Below are positions 9,805 through 17,899 of a DNA stretch of 64,000 nt, piece after piece. The translations under genes were made by a program, and so were the position numbers. Source of the DNA: Kiritimatiellia bacterium (GTDB taxonomy: Bacteria > Verrucomicrobiota > Kiritimatiellia > RFP12 > UBA1067); NCBI GenBank assembly GCA_016296065.1, contig JAEDKA010000003.1, positions 5,093 to 69,092 on the forward strand, read 5' to 3'. Position 1 is the stretch's first letter. Every line of letters begins with the position of its first letter. The notes beneath the pieces are model-generated. The model saw nothing but the letters and a program-made list of their open reading frames with translations, searched no databases and had not been told where the DNA came from.

Positions 9805-11274
9805 TCAGTCTGTGAAAATGGCGGTGCCAGCTTCTCCGCTTTCGTTGTACGTGAATAGGCCCGTCCTGTCGCCGCGGTAGCTTCCCCACGTCATCCTGTA
9901 GGACTCACCTGCGTCCTTCCACTCCTTGCCGTCATACGACCACGCGAAGCGCGCAACGCCATCCATGCCCCACTCGCTGCGAAGAAAGATCTTCTCCCCC
10001 ACCTCGCAATCCAACGCAATGTCACGTTTCCCATTGCGCCAGTAGAGCGACTTCACGCCGCCTTCCAACTTGACTCCGAACTCGCACGATGTCTTGCCGA
10101 AGTGGCAGATCCCCGCGCGCTGTCCATCGGACATCTTCGCCGTCGACAGGCATACGGAGAACTCGTTCGTCGCATTTCGCCATGCGCGCTTCGAGAAGAC
10201 GTTGCCTACGGAGAAGAAGTCGCCTGGCTTCAGCGGACGGAATGCGTCAAGTTCCAGACGCTCTTCACTAATGCGAACCTTCTCAAGGCGAGGCGCATGG
10301 TTCCATGCCCAGTCGGGGAAAAGGAAGCCCTTCGGCACCGCCGCCAAGATGGCGGCTTTCCCAGTTATGACGGGTTTTTGGGGATTCCACACCATCGTGC
10401 CGATGCCGTCCTTGTCCGGCGTGCCGACGATCGGCCAGCCGTCAATCCAAGTCACCGGCAGAAGGCTCGCCGCGCGGCCATACCACTGGCCGTGCCCGTG
10501 GTGCGTGAGGAAGAACCAGTTGCCGGCGTCGTCGACGAGAAACCCGCCCTGGTTCGGTTCGTCCGCCTCACGCTGCGGATGCGAAAGGACGCGACGCTCC
10601 TCGTACGGACCCATCACGTTCTTCGAGCGTGCCATCATAAGGCGGCGCCCGCCTCCAGCCACTTCGCTGTAGAGGTGGTAGTATGTGCCGTTCCACTTGT
10701 AGAGCTTGTTCGCCTCGCGTCCATGTCCCTCGTTGACGAGGGCTCGGCTTTCGGGGACGACATCAAGTCCGTCGGCGGTCAGCTCGAAGACATACGTCTT
10801 GTATCCGCCGGCGAAATGCGTCGCTACGAGATAACCCTTTCCGTCGTCGTCGAACAGAACGCCAGTGTCGTCCCACCCTGCCGTGAAAAAAGACATCTTG
10901 TGCGGCGCAGACCACGGGCCTGCGGCGTTTTCCGCCGTCGCTACGAAAATGCCTTCGTCCGGCGTCCCGAAGTAGCAGCAGAACTTTCCTTCGCGCTCGC
11001 GGATGCATCCGGCCCACACGCCTCGTCCATAGCGGCGCATCCTCTTCCACGTCCAGTCATCGCCGAAAACGGACGTATCGTCTACGACATGTCCAACAAC
11101 TCTCCAGTTGACCATGTCGGGCGATTCGAGTACGTCCATCCCCGGCGAAAGGTGGAGAGTGCTAGTTATCGCATAGAAGCGGTTGCCGCTGCGGATGCAG
11201 TCGATGTCGCTGAAATCCGCCGGCAGAACGGGATTCGTAAACGTCGCGGCAAGAAGAAATGCGCCGATCGTCAT
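9805..11274 (-). CDS. glycoside hydrolase family 43 (beta-xylosidase / arabinofuranosidase type)
   Basis: N-terminal NPVLPADFSDIDCIRSGNRFYAITST, typical of the GH43 five-bladed propeller, plus a C-terminal beta-sandwich. Its ATG overlaps the upstream stop (ATGA at 11271-11274). Confidence 0.75.
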   Translation of the reverse strand: MTIGAFLLAATFTNPVLPADFSDIDCIRSGNRFYAITSTLHLSPGMDVLESPDMVNWRVVGHVVDDTSVFGDDWTWKRMRRYGRGVWAGCIREREGKFCCYFGTPDEGIFVATAENAAGPWSAPHKMSFFTAGWDDTGVLFDDDGKGYLVATHFAGGYKTYVFELTADGLDVVPESRALVNEGHGREANKLYKWNGTYYHLYSEVAGGGRRLMMARSKNVMGPYEERRVLSHPQREADEPNQGGFLVDDAGNWFFLTHHGHGQWYGRAASLLPVTWIDGWPIVGTPDKDGIGTMVWNPQKPVITGKAAILAAVPKGFLFPDWAWNHAPRLEKVRISEERLELDAFRPLKPGDFFSVGNVFSKRAWRNATNEFSVCLSTAKMSDGQRAGICHFGKTSCEFGVKLEGGVKSLYWRNGKRDIALDCEVGEKIFLRSEWGMDGVARFAWSYDGKEWKDAGESYRMTWGSYRGDRTGLFTYNESGEAGTAIFTD

Positions 11275-12965
11275 TGCTCCTCCACAATCGCGGCCCAGCC
11301 GCCGTTTGAAGCGGCGGCAACGTTGAGCCTGTCCTTTGCTGAAAGCGCAAGCACGTCGATGGCGATCGCTCCGAGAGGCTTCGCGACGTCAGGATTCGCA
11401 TCGCGGAAAAGGCGCACCTTGAGCGCGCCGCTCCCTGCGAAATCGAGCGGGATGGAGAATTCGCGTTTTTGGCCCGCGTTGAGGCAGCCGACAAACCACT
11501 TCTTTCCGGCGCGGCGCGCAACAACTGCGATCTCTCCGATCTTTCCGTCTATGAAGCGCGTCTCGTCGAAGACGGTGGGTATCTCGCGCCAGAAGTCGAG
11601 CGCAGGGTTCTTCTCGTCGATCTGGTCCGGACGGGAATACCAGAAGAGGAACTGCCATCCGCTCGTGTAGACGCACGGCAATGCGAGCTGGTGCGCTAGC
11701 GAGTTCTTGACGCGTCCGTTCTTCCAGCACGGCGTGTAGTCGCCAGGGCCGTCCAGGAAGCGCGTGTACACAAGCGCAGCGTTGTGCCTCGCTACGGGCA
11801 TCTCCTCGTTGCCGTGGATGCCCTCGGACGTGAGGATGTTGGGCCACGCGTGCTGGAGCCCCGCGAGACGGAACTCGTCGTGGATATCGACCATCAGTTT
11901 CCTGTCGGCGCACATTTTTATCCAGTCGACGACCTGTTTGCGCCACTTCTGGCCGCCGACGTTGACGAAGCCGAACTTGACGCCCGCAACGCCCCATTCC
12001 GCCAGCTTGTCGAATATCGCCTCCGCGTTCTTCTTGAGCGGCTCGCGGTTTACGTAGAGGATTACGCCAAGGCCCTTCTCCTTTGCCGCGGCGATCACCT
12101 TGAAGATGTCGAGTTCCTCGCCCTTTGCAAGCTTCTCCGGCGCAAGGCCGGGCTTAAGCGGGTCCATCGTGCGCTCGTCGCCGTACCAGCCGCTGTCGAG
12201 CTCGATGAAGGAAAAGCCGTTGCGCGCCGCAAACTCGGCGCATTCGAGTCCGCACGCCGTCGTGAGCTTGGCGACGCGCAGCACCTTGCCGGGCCTGATC
12301 CAGCTCGTGTCCGCGATGCGCGAAGGCGGATTGAGCGCACGAAGCACCGCGTCCTGTCCCTGCGCGAGAGCGGAGCAGTCGGCCGCCGCGCGGACGTACC
12401 GCCACGGTGTCGTGCAGGGAAGCGTCACAGTTGAAGACCCTTCCAGGACCGCCCGGACGACGCCTCTTTTCGGTCCCGGCAAAAAGCGAATGCGCGAATA
12501 GTCCTCGACGCCTGCATCGCCGATGACGGCGGTGAAGTTCTTTCCTTCGACCACAAGCGGCGACTCCGCCGATCCCTCGATGAGATGCTCGTAGCTGCGC
12601 CCCTTGCCCGCGCCGTCGCCCCGGTACTGGTCCGGCATGGGCGCGATCTCGGCGATCGTCGAAATGGTCTTCGGCACGTATTCGCCCTGCGCGTGGCTCA
12701 CCGGCCAGCAGCGCAGGTCGTCGCCGAAGTCGATTGTCCAGGTCTCCTCGGCCACGGTGCGCTCGCCCTGGCCTTCGTATCTGATGCGCCATGCGACTCC
12801 ACCGGCTATGTTCGTCGTCTCGAGCGATGCGCCCACGCCGAGCTGCGGAAATGACACTTCGCACACCCTGGCGCCGTCGGGCGCGACGACATTGACAACG
12901 TCGCGTTCCACGGCAAATGCGGCGGACGCGACAACGGAAAAGACTGACAACAGCATGATTTTCAT
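11271..12965 (-). CDS. GH97-like glycoside hydrolase
   Basis: Start trimmed to MKIMLLSVFSVVASAAFA. The ORF-track start at 13100 reads through a pseudogene stub. GH97-type catalytic strings: NGFSFIELDSGW, GLGVILYVN, GVAGVKFGFVN, WPNILTSEGIHGNE. Confidence 0.6.
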   Translation of the reverse strand: MKIMLLSVFSVVASAAFAVERDVVNVVAPDGARVCEVSFPQLGVGASLETTNIAGGVAWRIRYEGQGERTVAEETWTIDFGDDLRCWPVSHAQGEYVPKTISTIAEIAPMPDQYRGDGAGKGRSYEHLIEGSAESPLVVEGKNFTAVIGDAGVEDYSRIRFLPGPKRGVVRAVLEGSSTVTLPCTTPWRYVRAAADCSALAQGQDAVLRALNPPSRIADTSWIRPGKVLRVAKLTTACGLECAEFAARNGFSFIELDSGWYGDERTMDPLKPGLAPEKLAKGEELDIFKVIAAAKEKGLGVILYVNREPLKKNAEAIFDKLAEWGVAGVKFGFVNVGGQKWRKQVVDWIKMCADRKLMVDIHDEFRLAGLQHAWPNILTSEGIHGNEEMPVARHNAALVYTRFLDGPGDYTPCWKNGRVKNSLAHQLALPCVYTSGWQFLFWYSRPDQIDEKNPALDFWREIPTVFDETRFIDGKIGEIAVVARRAGKKWFVGCLNAGQKREFSIPLDFAGSGALKVRLFRDANPDVAKPLGAIAIDVLALSAKDRLNVAAASNGGWAAIVEEQ

Positions 12966-12972
12966 GCCGGAT

Positions 12973-13018
12973 AGTATAGCAAAACGCACACTGTCCAGAC
13001 ATCCCACTTTCGGGGAGC
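12973..13018 (-). promoter_or_regulatory. leaderless promoter with CCGAAAGTGGGAT box
   Basis: Minus strand reads CTCCCCGAAAGTGGGAT-N22-TGCTATACT-ATCCGGC-ATG. Box spacing is 23 nt, and the -10 lies 7 nt from the ATG at 12965. Confidence 0.6.
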
Positions 13019-13022
13019 GATT

Positions 13023-13265
13023 TACTGAAGCCCGCACGCGCGAAAGCATGCGCGGGTTCTTTGAGAAGGCGTGGTTGTGCTTCCTAAGGTCTTCGAACAA
13101 ACTCTTCCACGGCTACACGCCATCCTGCACGTTTTTCCTGAGCTGGTCGAGCTGCTCGCGGTTGAGTCCGATGCCCGGATGCTGAAAGCGCCCTCTCGCG
13201 GCCTTCGCATCCAAAACGCAAAGGCCGGCAAGAAGCGCAAGCGCAACTGGCAGAATCTGTTTCAT
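13023..13265 (-). pseudogene. N-terminal stub of a third alginate-lyase-like paralog with an in-frame TAG
   Basis: Translation gives MKQILPVALALLAGLCVLDAKAARGRFQHPGIGLNREQLDQLRKNVQDGV*PWKSLFEDLRKHNHAFSKNPRMLSRV. This aligns with the first ~80 residues of CDS 8047..9741. The TAG at 13113-13115 replaces the Glu of GGVEPWK, and homology is lost at about 13023. Confidence 0.75.
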
Positions 13266-14728
13266 TCGTAGACTTTCACCTCCCAAAGGCCGGGATCGCC
13301 GTCGAGAATGCCGATGCGAAGATAGCGCACTTTCCGTCCGACCTTCGCGACGTGCGGCGAACGACAGGGCTTGCCGCGCTCTTCCGCGACCGGCATCCAC
13401 TCCTTTCCGTCGAGGCTGCACTCGAGTTTCCAGTTGTGTCCGAACGCAGGCTGCGTGAAGAACATCTTGACTTCGCCGACAAACGTCTCCGCGCCGAAGT
13501 CCGCCTGAATCCACGGGGACTTGTCGCGCCCGTCGGCCGCCCAGCGCGTGCCGTTGTTTCCGTCGCCCGCAAGCTGCGCGTCATATGCGAAGGTGCGCGT
13601 GTAGTCGCGGTGCGTGCGGCCGCGCGTCATGCGCGGACCGCGAACGGACGACGCGGTCCAGAATGCCTTGCGCGCGAGATTCGTGCGCGTCTCCTGGTTC
13701 GGCCCGAGACAGCCGACGCCCTTGAGGTCCGGCACAACGCGGACGATTCGCCCTTCCGAGTCGAACTCCATGCGGTTCGCCATAACCTGGCGAGTGGTCC
13801 CCCCTTCGCCGTACTCGAGGTAGACGATATAGTAATTGCCGTCCCACTCGAACACGTTGCCGTGGCCGGGTCCCCAGACGTTGCCGGGGTAGTTGCTCTC
13901 GACGACAATGGGATCGGACGGATCGGTCCAACCTTCTAGCGGCGAAACCTTAGACATCATATAGCCGTAGTGGTATCCGTCGCATCCGCCGATGGTGTAG
14001 AGGTAGTAGTAGATGCCGTTGCGCTTGAAAAGGCACGGCCCCTCCGAGTAGCCCTGAAGCGCGGTTTTTAGCTCGACGTGGCGTCCCACGGTCTTTGTCC
14101 GCTCGGCATTCAGCTTCGCGATCCAGCGCTTGCGCCAGACGATATAGGCCGTGCCGTCGTCGTCAACGAACGGATCGCCGTCGATGTCCGGCGCAACCGC
14201 AGCGGACTTGACCTGCTCGCGGTTGAGCGGACCGTTCGCGCCGGCTTCGCTCTCGATCTTTTCGGCGAAGCAGAACGGCCCCTCCGGACGATCCGCGACC
14301 ATCAGCACCGTCGGCGCGGGATTGCCCTTGGGGTCGACGAGCGTCACGTAGAGGTGGTAGCGTCCGTTCGTTTCCACTACCTTGCCGGGGGCCCAGTAGC
14401 GCCAGTAGCCGAAGCCTGGTTTGCCGTCCTTGTTCTTCCCCGTTTCGACGCCCTTGCACCAGTCGACGCCTTCGACCGCCGGCCCCTCGAACGACCAGTT
14501 GATGAAGTCCTTCGACTTCCAGACGACCGGCACGCCCGCCATCGAAAGCTCCTTGTCGATGTCCGTCGTGCCGTAGAGGTAGAACGTGTCGCCGAACTTG
14601 CTCACGCTCGGATCGGCTATCCAGTCGGGGATGACAGGGTTGAAGCTGCATTCGGCCTGGGCACTAAGCGCGACGGCGCAGGCGAACATCATTGCGGACG
14701 ACTTGACGTAAGAGCGTTTCGTTTTCAT
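13262..14728 (-). CDS. GH43 glycoside hydrolase with C-terminal F5/8 type C (discoidin/CBM32-like) domain
   Basis: Signal peptide, then NPVIPDWIADPSVSKFGDTFYLYGTTD (GH43). The C-terminus has GDGNNGTRWAADGRDKSPWIQADFG...YLRIGILDG (discoidin-like). Confidence 0.75.
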   Translation of the reverse strand: MKTKRSYVKSSAMMFACAVALSAQAECSFNPVIPDWIADPSVSKFGDTFYLYGTTDIDKELSMAGVPVVWKSKDFINWSFEGPAVEGVDWCKGVETGKNKDGKPGFGYWRYWAPGKVVETNGRYHLYVTLVDPKGNPAPTVLMVADRPEGPFCFAEKIESEAGANGPLNREQVKSAAVAPDIDGDPFVDDDGTAYIVWRKRWIAKLNAERTKTVGRHVELKTALQGYSEGPCLFKRNGIYYYLYTIGGCDGYHYGYMMSKVSPLEGWTDPSDPIVVESNYPGNVWGPGHGNVFEWDGNYYIVYLEYGEGGTTRQVMANRMEFDSEGRIVRVVPDLKGVGCLGPNQETRTNLARKAFWTASSVRGPRMTRGRTHRDYTRTFAYDAQLAGDGNNGTRWAADGRDKSPWIQADFGAETFVGEVKMFFTQPAFGHNWKLECSLDGKEWMPVAEERGKPCRSPHVAKVGRKVRYLRIGILDGDPGLWEVKVYE

Positions 14729-14734
14729 GCCAAT

Positions 14735-14781
14735 ATGATAGCAGAAAACGCGCGCCGGCTATATCCCACTTTCGGGGGGAT
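14735..14781 (-). promoter_or_regulatory. leaderless promoter with CCGAAAGTGGGAT box
   Basis: Minus strand reads ATCCCCCCGAAAGTGGGAT-N22-TGCTATCAT-ATTGGC-ATG. Box spacing is 23 nt, and the -10 lies 6 nt from the ATG at 14728. Confidence 0.6.
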
Positions 14782-14804
14782 GAACGCGAGCGCCTCGCGT
14801 TCTA

Positions 14805-17800
14805 CTAAAACCTGAAGATATGCACCGCCGGCATGCCGGGGATGGTCTTGAACGACTCGGCGAGCTTCATCCCCTTGGCCTCAAGCGCGGGGCAGTGCGG
14901 AGGCTTTCCGTCCGGAGCGAGCTCTATCGCGTATACGCCTCTGCCGCCGCGCGACTTCATGTAGCGGACGTCGTCCTTCGTCGGCTTCGGGATGCGGCCT
15001 TCGTTGAAGCCCTGCGCGCTGAGCGGCGGCGCGGCTTTGATCTGCGGACCCTCCCCCGCAATTTCGTAGGGATCCGACTCGAAGATCGCGGCACGGTTGA
15101 TCGCCATCCAGTCCGCAACCTCCTCGCATATCTTGCGCTCCAATTCGTCAATCGTTCCGTCGCTCCTGATCGGCACTGAGAGGCAGAGGTTGCCGTTCTT
15201 CGACACGACGTCGCAGAGTATCTGCACGACATGCGCCGCGCTCTTGTAGCCCCTGAATCCGCGCTGGTAGTGCCAGTTGCCGATGCAGGTGTCGGTCTGC
15301 CACTTCGGATACATCGGCGTCGGAGGCGTTCCGCGCTCGACGTCCCATGTAACCGCCTTGCGCTGGTTCTCATTCAGGACCTTCCCCGCCGCCACGGCGT
15401 CCGGGTTCATGCTGTAGAAGTCCGCGACGATCCTGAGTCCCGCGTCGGAAATCGGCCAGAAAGGAACAACCGTGTCATCGAAGTAGATGAGGTCAGGCTT
15501 GTACTTCGCGATTGCGTCCATCGTGCGCAGGCGGAAGTTCTCCATGCATTCTTCGCTCGGACGGCTCGCGCCGTTGTCCCAGTTCCAGCGGCGGTGGATG
15601 AGCCCCATGTTTTTGTAGTCGGGCGACGGCTCGTGATTCTGCCAGTAGAGCTGCTGCGGGTCGTATCCTTCCCACCACTTGCCCTTTCCGTCCTCCTTCG
15701 TCAGAAGTCCGTCGTAGTCGCGCGACACCTCAAGCCACGTCCACGCATGCGCGGCATGGAAGCTCTCGCCGAAGCGGAGTCCGTTCTTCCGCGCCGCCGC
15801 GCTCCACTCGCCGAGCACGTCACGCTTCGGGCCCATGTTCACGGAGTTCCAGGGCTGGTATCTGGAATCCCAGTTGTCGAAGTTGTCGTGGTGGTTGGCC
15901 ATGGCGAGGATGAACGTCGCGCCCATCTTCCGGTAGAGCGCGCAGAGTTCGTCCGGATTCCACTTCTCGGCCTTCCACGCGTTCGCGAGGTCCTTCGCGC
16001 CGAAGTCCTTGGGATCCCCGAAGCGCTCGCGGTGGTGGCGTCCCTGCCAGTGTTTCGGGTCGTAGAGATAGCGCGCATACCAATCGCCATCCTCCGCGGC
16101 GCACTGCATGCCCCAGTGGCAGAAGATGCCGAAGCGCGCATTCTCGTACCACGCCGGCGTCTTGTGTCGGGAGAGCGATCCCCAGTCCGGAGCGTACGAC
16201 TGTCCGCCCTTGACGGGCTTCAGGTGCGCGACATAGCCGCCGCCCGCGCGCATCGCCACATGCAGAACATCGCCTTTCCTCACAGTCCTGAAGTCCGTCG
16301 TATAGGCGTCGAGACGATCCGGCGCGTCCATAAAGACGGAAGCCTCGAAGGTCCCAACGAGGAAGTCCAGCGGAATGTCGAATTCGCGCGGTTCCGCGCC
16401 GTTCTCGACGGCGACAAACCACTCGCTGCCCTTGCGACGGGCGAGCGCCACGCATTCGCCTATCTCGGACGGCGCAAGCACGCGCGTCTCGTCGTATACG
16501 GCAGCAAGCGAGCGTATCGTCCCGAGCGCCGGATTGTTCAGGTAGTTCAGCGGGAAGTCGCCGAAGCAGAGGAACGGACACGCATACACGACGCCCTGCG
16601 CCAGCTGGCGCGCCCATGTGAAGTGGATGAGCTGGCTCTTCTCGAACACCATGGGGGTGAAGTCTCCGTGTCCCTGCACGAGGCGGCAGAACGGAAGTAT
16701 CGTGTCGTGCTCGAACGGCAGCACGCGCTTGTATCTGGTGATGTGGTACTCGTGTCCGCGAATCGCTTCGCGCGCCAGCTCGTGCGGCCAGAAGCGCTCG
16801 CGTCCCGTGGGCTTCACGGCGCCGTGGAAATCGACGACGAGCCCGGCGTCGAAAGTGTCCGCGAGCGTCTCCTCGTACCACTTCATGATCTTGCAGCTAG
16901 GCGGAGGGACGAAGTCGATCTTGATGCCGACGGCGCCCGAGGCGGCAGTCTTCGCGAGGTAGGCCCTGCGCGCCTGAGGATTCATCAATTCGTTGGAATG
17001 CACCCAGATGAAAGTCTTCACGCCGATCGAGTTGCCGTAGTCTATGCACTCCTTCAGCTTCGTCCAGCGCGTCGTGTCGTCACCCCATCCGCGCCAGCCT
17101 TCGTCGATGAGGTAGTATTCGTATCCGAGCGCCTTGGTGCGGTTGTACCAGTCTTTCTGCTCATGGAACTTCGGCGCCCCTGCGGGCAGCCACTGCCAGA
17201 TGCAGCGTCCGGGCTTCGCGAAGCGCTCCTTGACGGCTTTCGCGCGATCGGCGGGCGCCTCGGGGCAAAGCCGCTGCACGATGTCGCTCGCGTACAGCGT
17301 CTGGATGTCCTTCGCCACGAGCATCACGCGCCACGGCGTCGTGTTTTCTCCGGACTGGTCGAATCCGTCGCGGTCTGCGTGAAAGTAGGCGACAAACCTT
17401 CCGCCGCCGGCATACTTGACCGCTAGGTCTGTGTAGTCGACTACGTTTGCCTCCGTCATCATGCGGTATGTTCCGTCCGGAAGCTTCGCCGTGACAGGAA
17501 GCGACAGGACGCGGTCCTGCTTGATGTCCCCCACCTTGCACGATTCATACGGTGCCTCGTAGTCGGCGAAGCCGCCCCTGTCCGTGCCCTGGAACCACAC
17601 CGTGGCGTCCTCTGGGAGATTCCACTCCGTCAGTTCGCGGCCAATCCGCCGCGCTCCGTCTGGAAGCAAATAGCGAATTGCAATGCCATCTTCGAAGACG
17701 CGTCTTTCGCACTTCGTCTCGACTTTGCCATTCACCTCGACGCCGTTCGCGGCAAGTTCCTCGGCGCTCAAGACGCCGCAGTTCGCGACGGCCCACAGGC

Positions 17801-17825
17801 CAACAATGATTTTGTTCATGTTCAT
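14805..17825 (-). CDS. bifunctional GH97-like / GH29 alpha-L-fucosidase fusion
   Basis: N-terminal half (about 16206-17825) has GYEYYLIDEGW, GVKTFIWVH, GIKIDFV, ELAREAIRGHE (GH97-like). C-terminal half (14805-16205) has ARFGIFCHWGMQCAAEDGDWYARYLY and ANHHDNFDNWDS (GH29). Confidence 0.7.
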   Translation of the reverse strand: MNMNKIIVGLWAVANCGVLSAEELAANGVEVNGKVETKCERRVFEDGIAIRYLLPDGARRIGRELTEWNLPEDATVWFQGTDRGGFADYEAPYESCKVGDIKQDRVLSLPVTAKLPDGTYRMMTEANVVDYTDLAVKYAGGGRFVAYFHADRDGFDQSGENTTPWRVMLVAKDIQTLYASDIVQRLCPEAPADRAKAVKERFAKPGRCIWQWLPAGAPKFHEQKDWYNRTKALGYEYYLIDEGWRGWGDDTTRWTKLKECIDYGNSIGVKTFIWVHSNELMNPQARRAYLAKTAASGAVGIKIDFVPPPSCKIMKWYEETLADTFDAGLVVDFHGAVKPTGRERFWPHELAREAIRGHEYHITRYKRVLPFEHDTILPFCRLVQGHGDFTPMVFEKSQLIHFTWARQLAQGVVYACPFLCFGDFPLNYLNNPALGTIRSLAAVYDETRVLAPSEIGECVALARRKGSEWFVAVENGAEPREFDIPLDFLVGTFEASVFMDAPDRLDAYTTDFRTVRKGDVLHVAMRAGGGYVAHLKPVKGGQSYAPDWGSLSRHKTPAWYENARFGIFCHWGMQCAAEDGDWYARYLYDPKHWQGRHHRERFGDPKDFGAKDLANAWKAEKWNPDELCALYRKMGATFILAMANHHDNFDNWDSRYQPWNSVNMGPKRDVLGEWSAAARKNGLRFGESFHAAHAWTWLEVSRDYDGLLTKEDGKGKWWEGYDPQQLYWQNHEPSPDYKNMGLIHRRWNWDNGASRPSEECMENFRLRTMDAIAKYKPDLIYFDDTVVPFWPISDAGLRIVADFYSMNPDAVAAGKVLNENQRKAVTWDVERGTPPTPMYPKWQTDTCIGNWHYQRGFRGYKSAAHVVQILCDVVSKNGNLCLSVPIRSDGTIDELERKICEEVADWMAINRAAIFESDPYEIAGEGPQIKAAPPLSAQGFNEGRIPKPTKDDVRYMKSRGGRGVYAIELAPDGKPPHCPALEAKGMKLAESFKTIPGMPAVHIFRF

Positions 17826-17832
17826 GCCTTAC

Positions 17833-17878
17833 AGTATATCAAACAACCGGCATTACGCGCATCCCACAATTGTAGGAT
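17833..17878 (-). promoter_or_regulatory. leaderless promoter with palindromic ATCCTACAATTGTGGGAT box
   Basis: Minus strand reads ATCCTACAATTGTGGGAT-N22-TGATATACT-GTAAGGC-ATG. GTGGGA lies 23 nt from the -10, and the -10 lies 7 nt from the ATG at 17825. Confidence 0.55.
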
Positions 17879-17899
17879 AGACGGAGAAGGGATTACACT

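Noticed and set aside
13113-13514. 133-aa minus ORF overlapping the 3' end of the GH43-CBM32 gene
   Set aside because: Only its last 50 codons (the lyase stub) are meaningful. The upstream part is an out-of-frame read through the GH43 gene.
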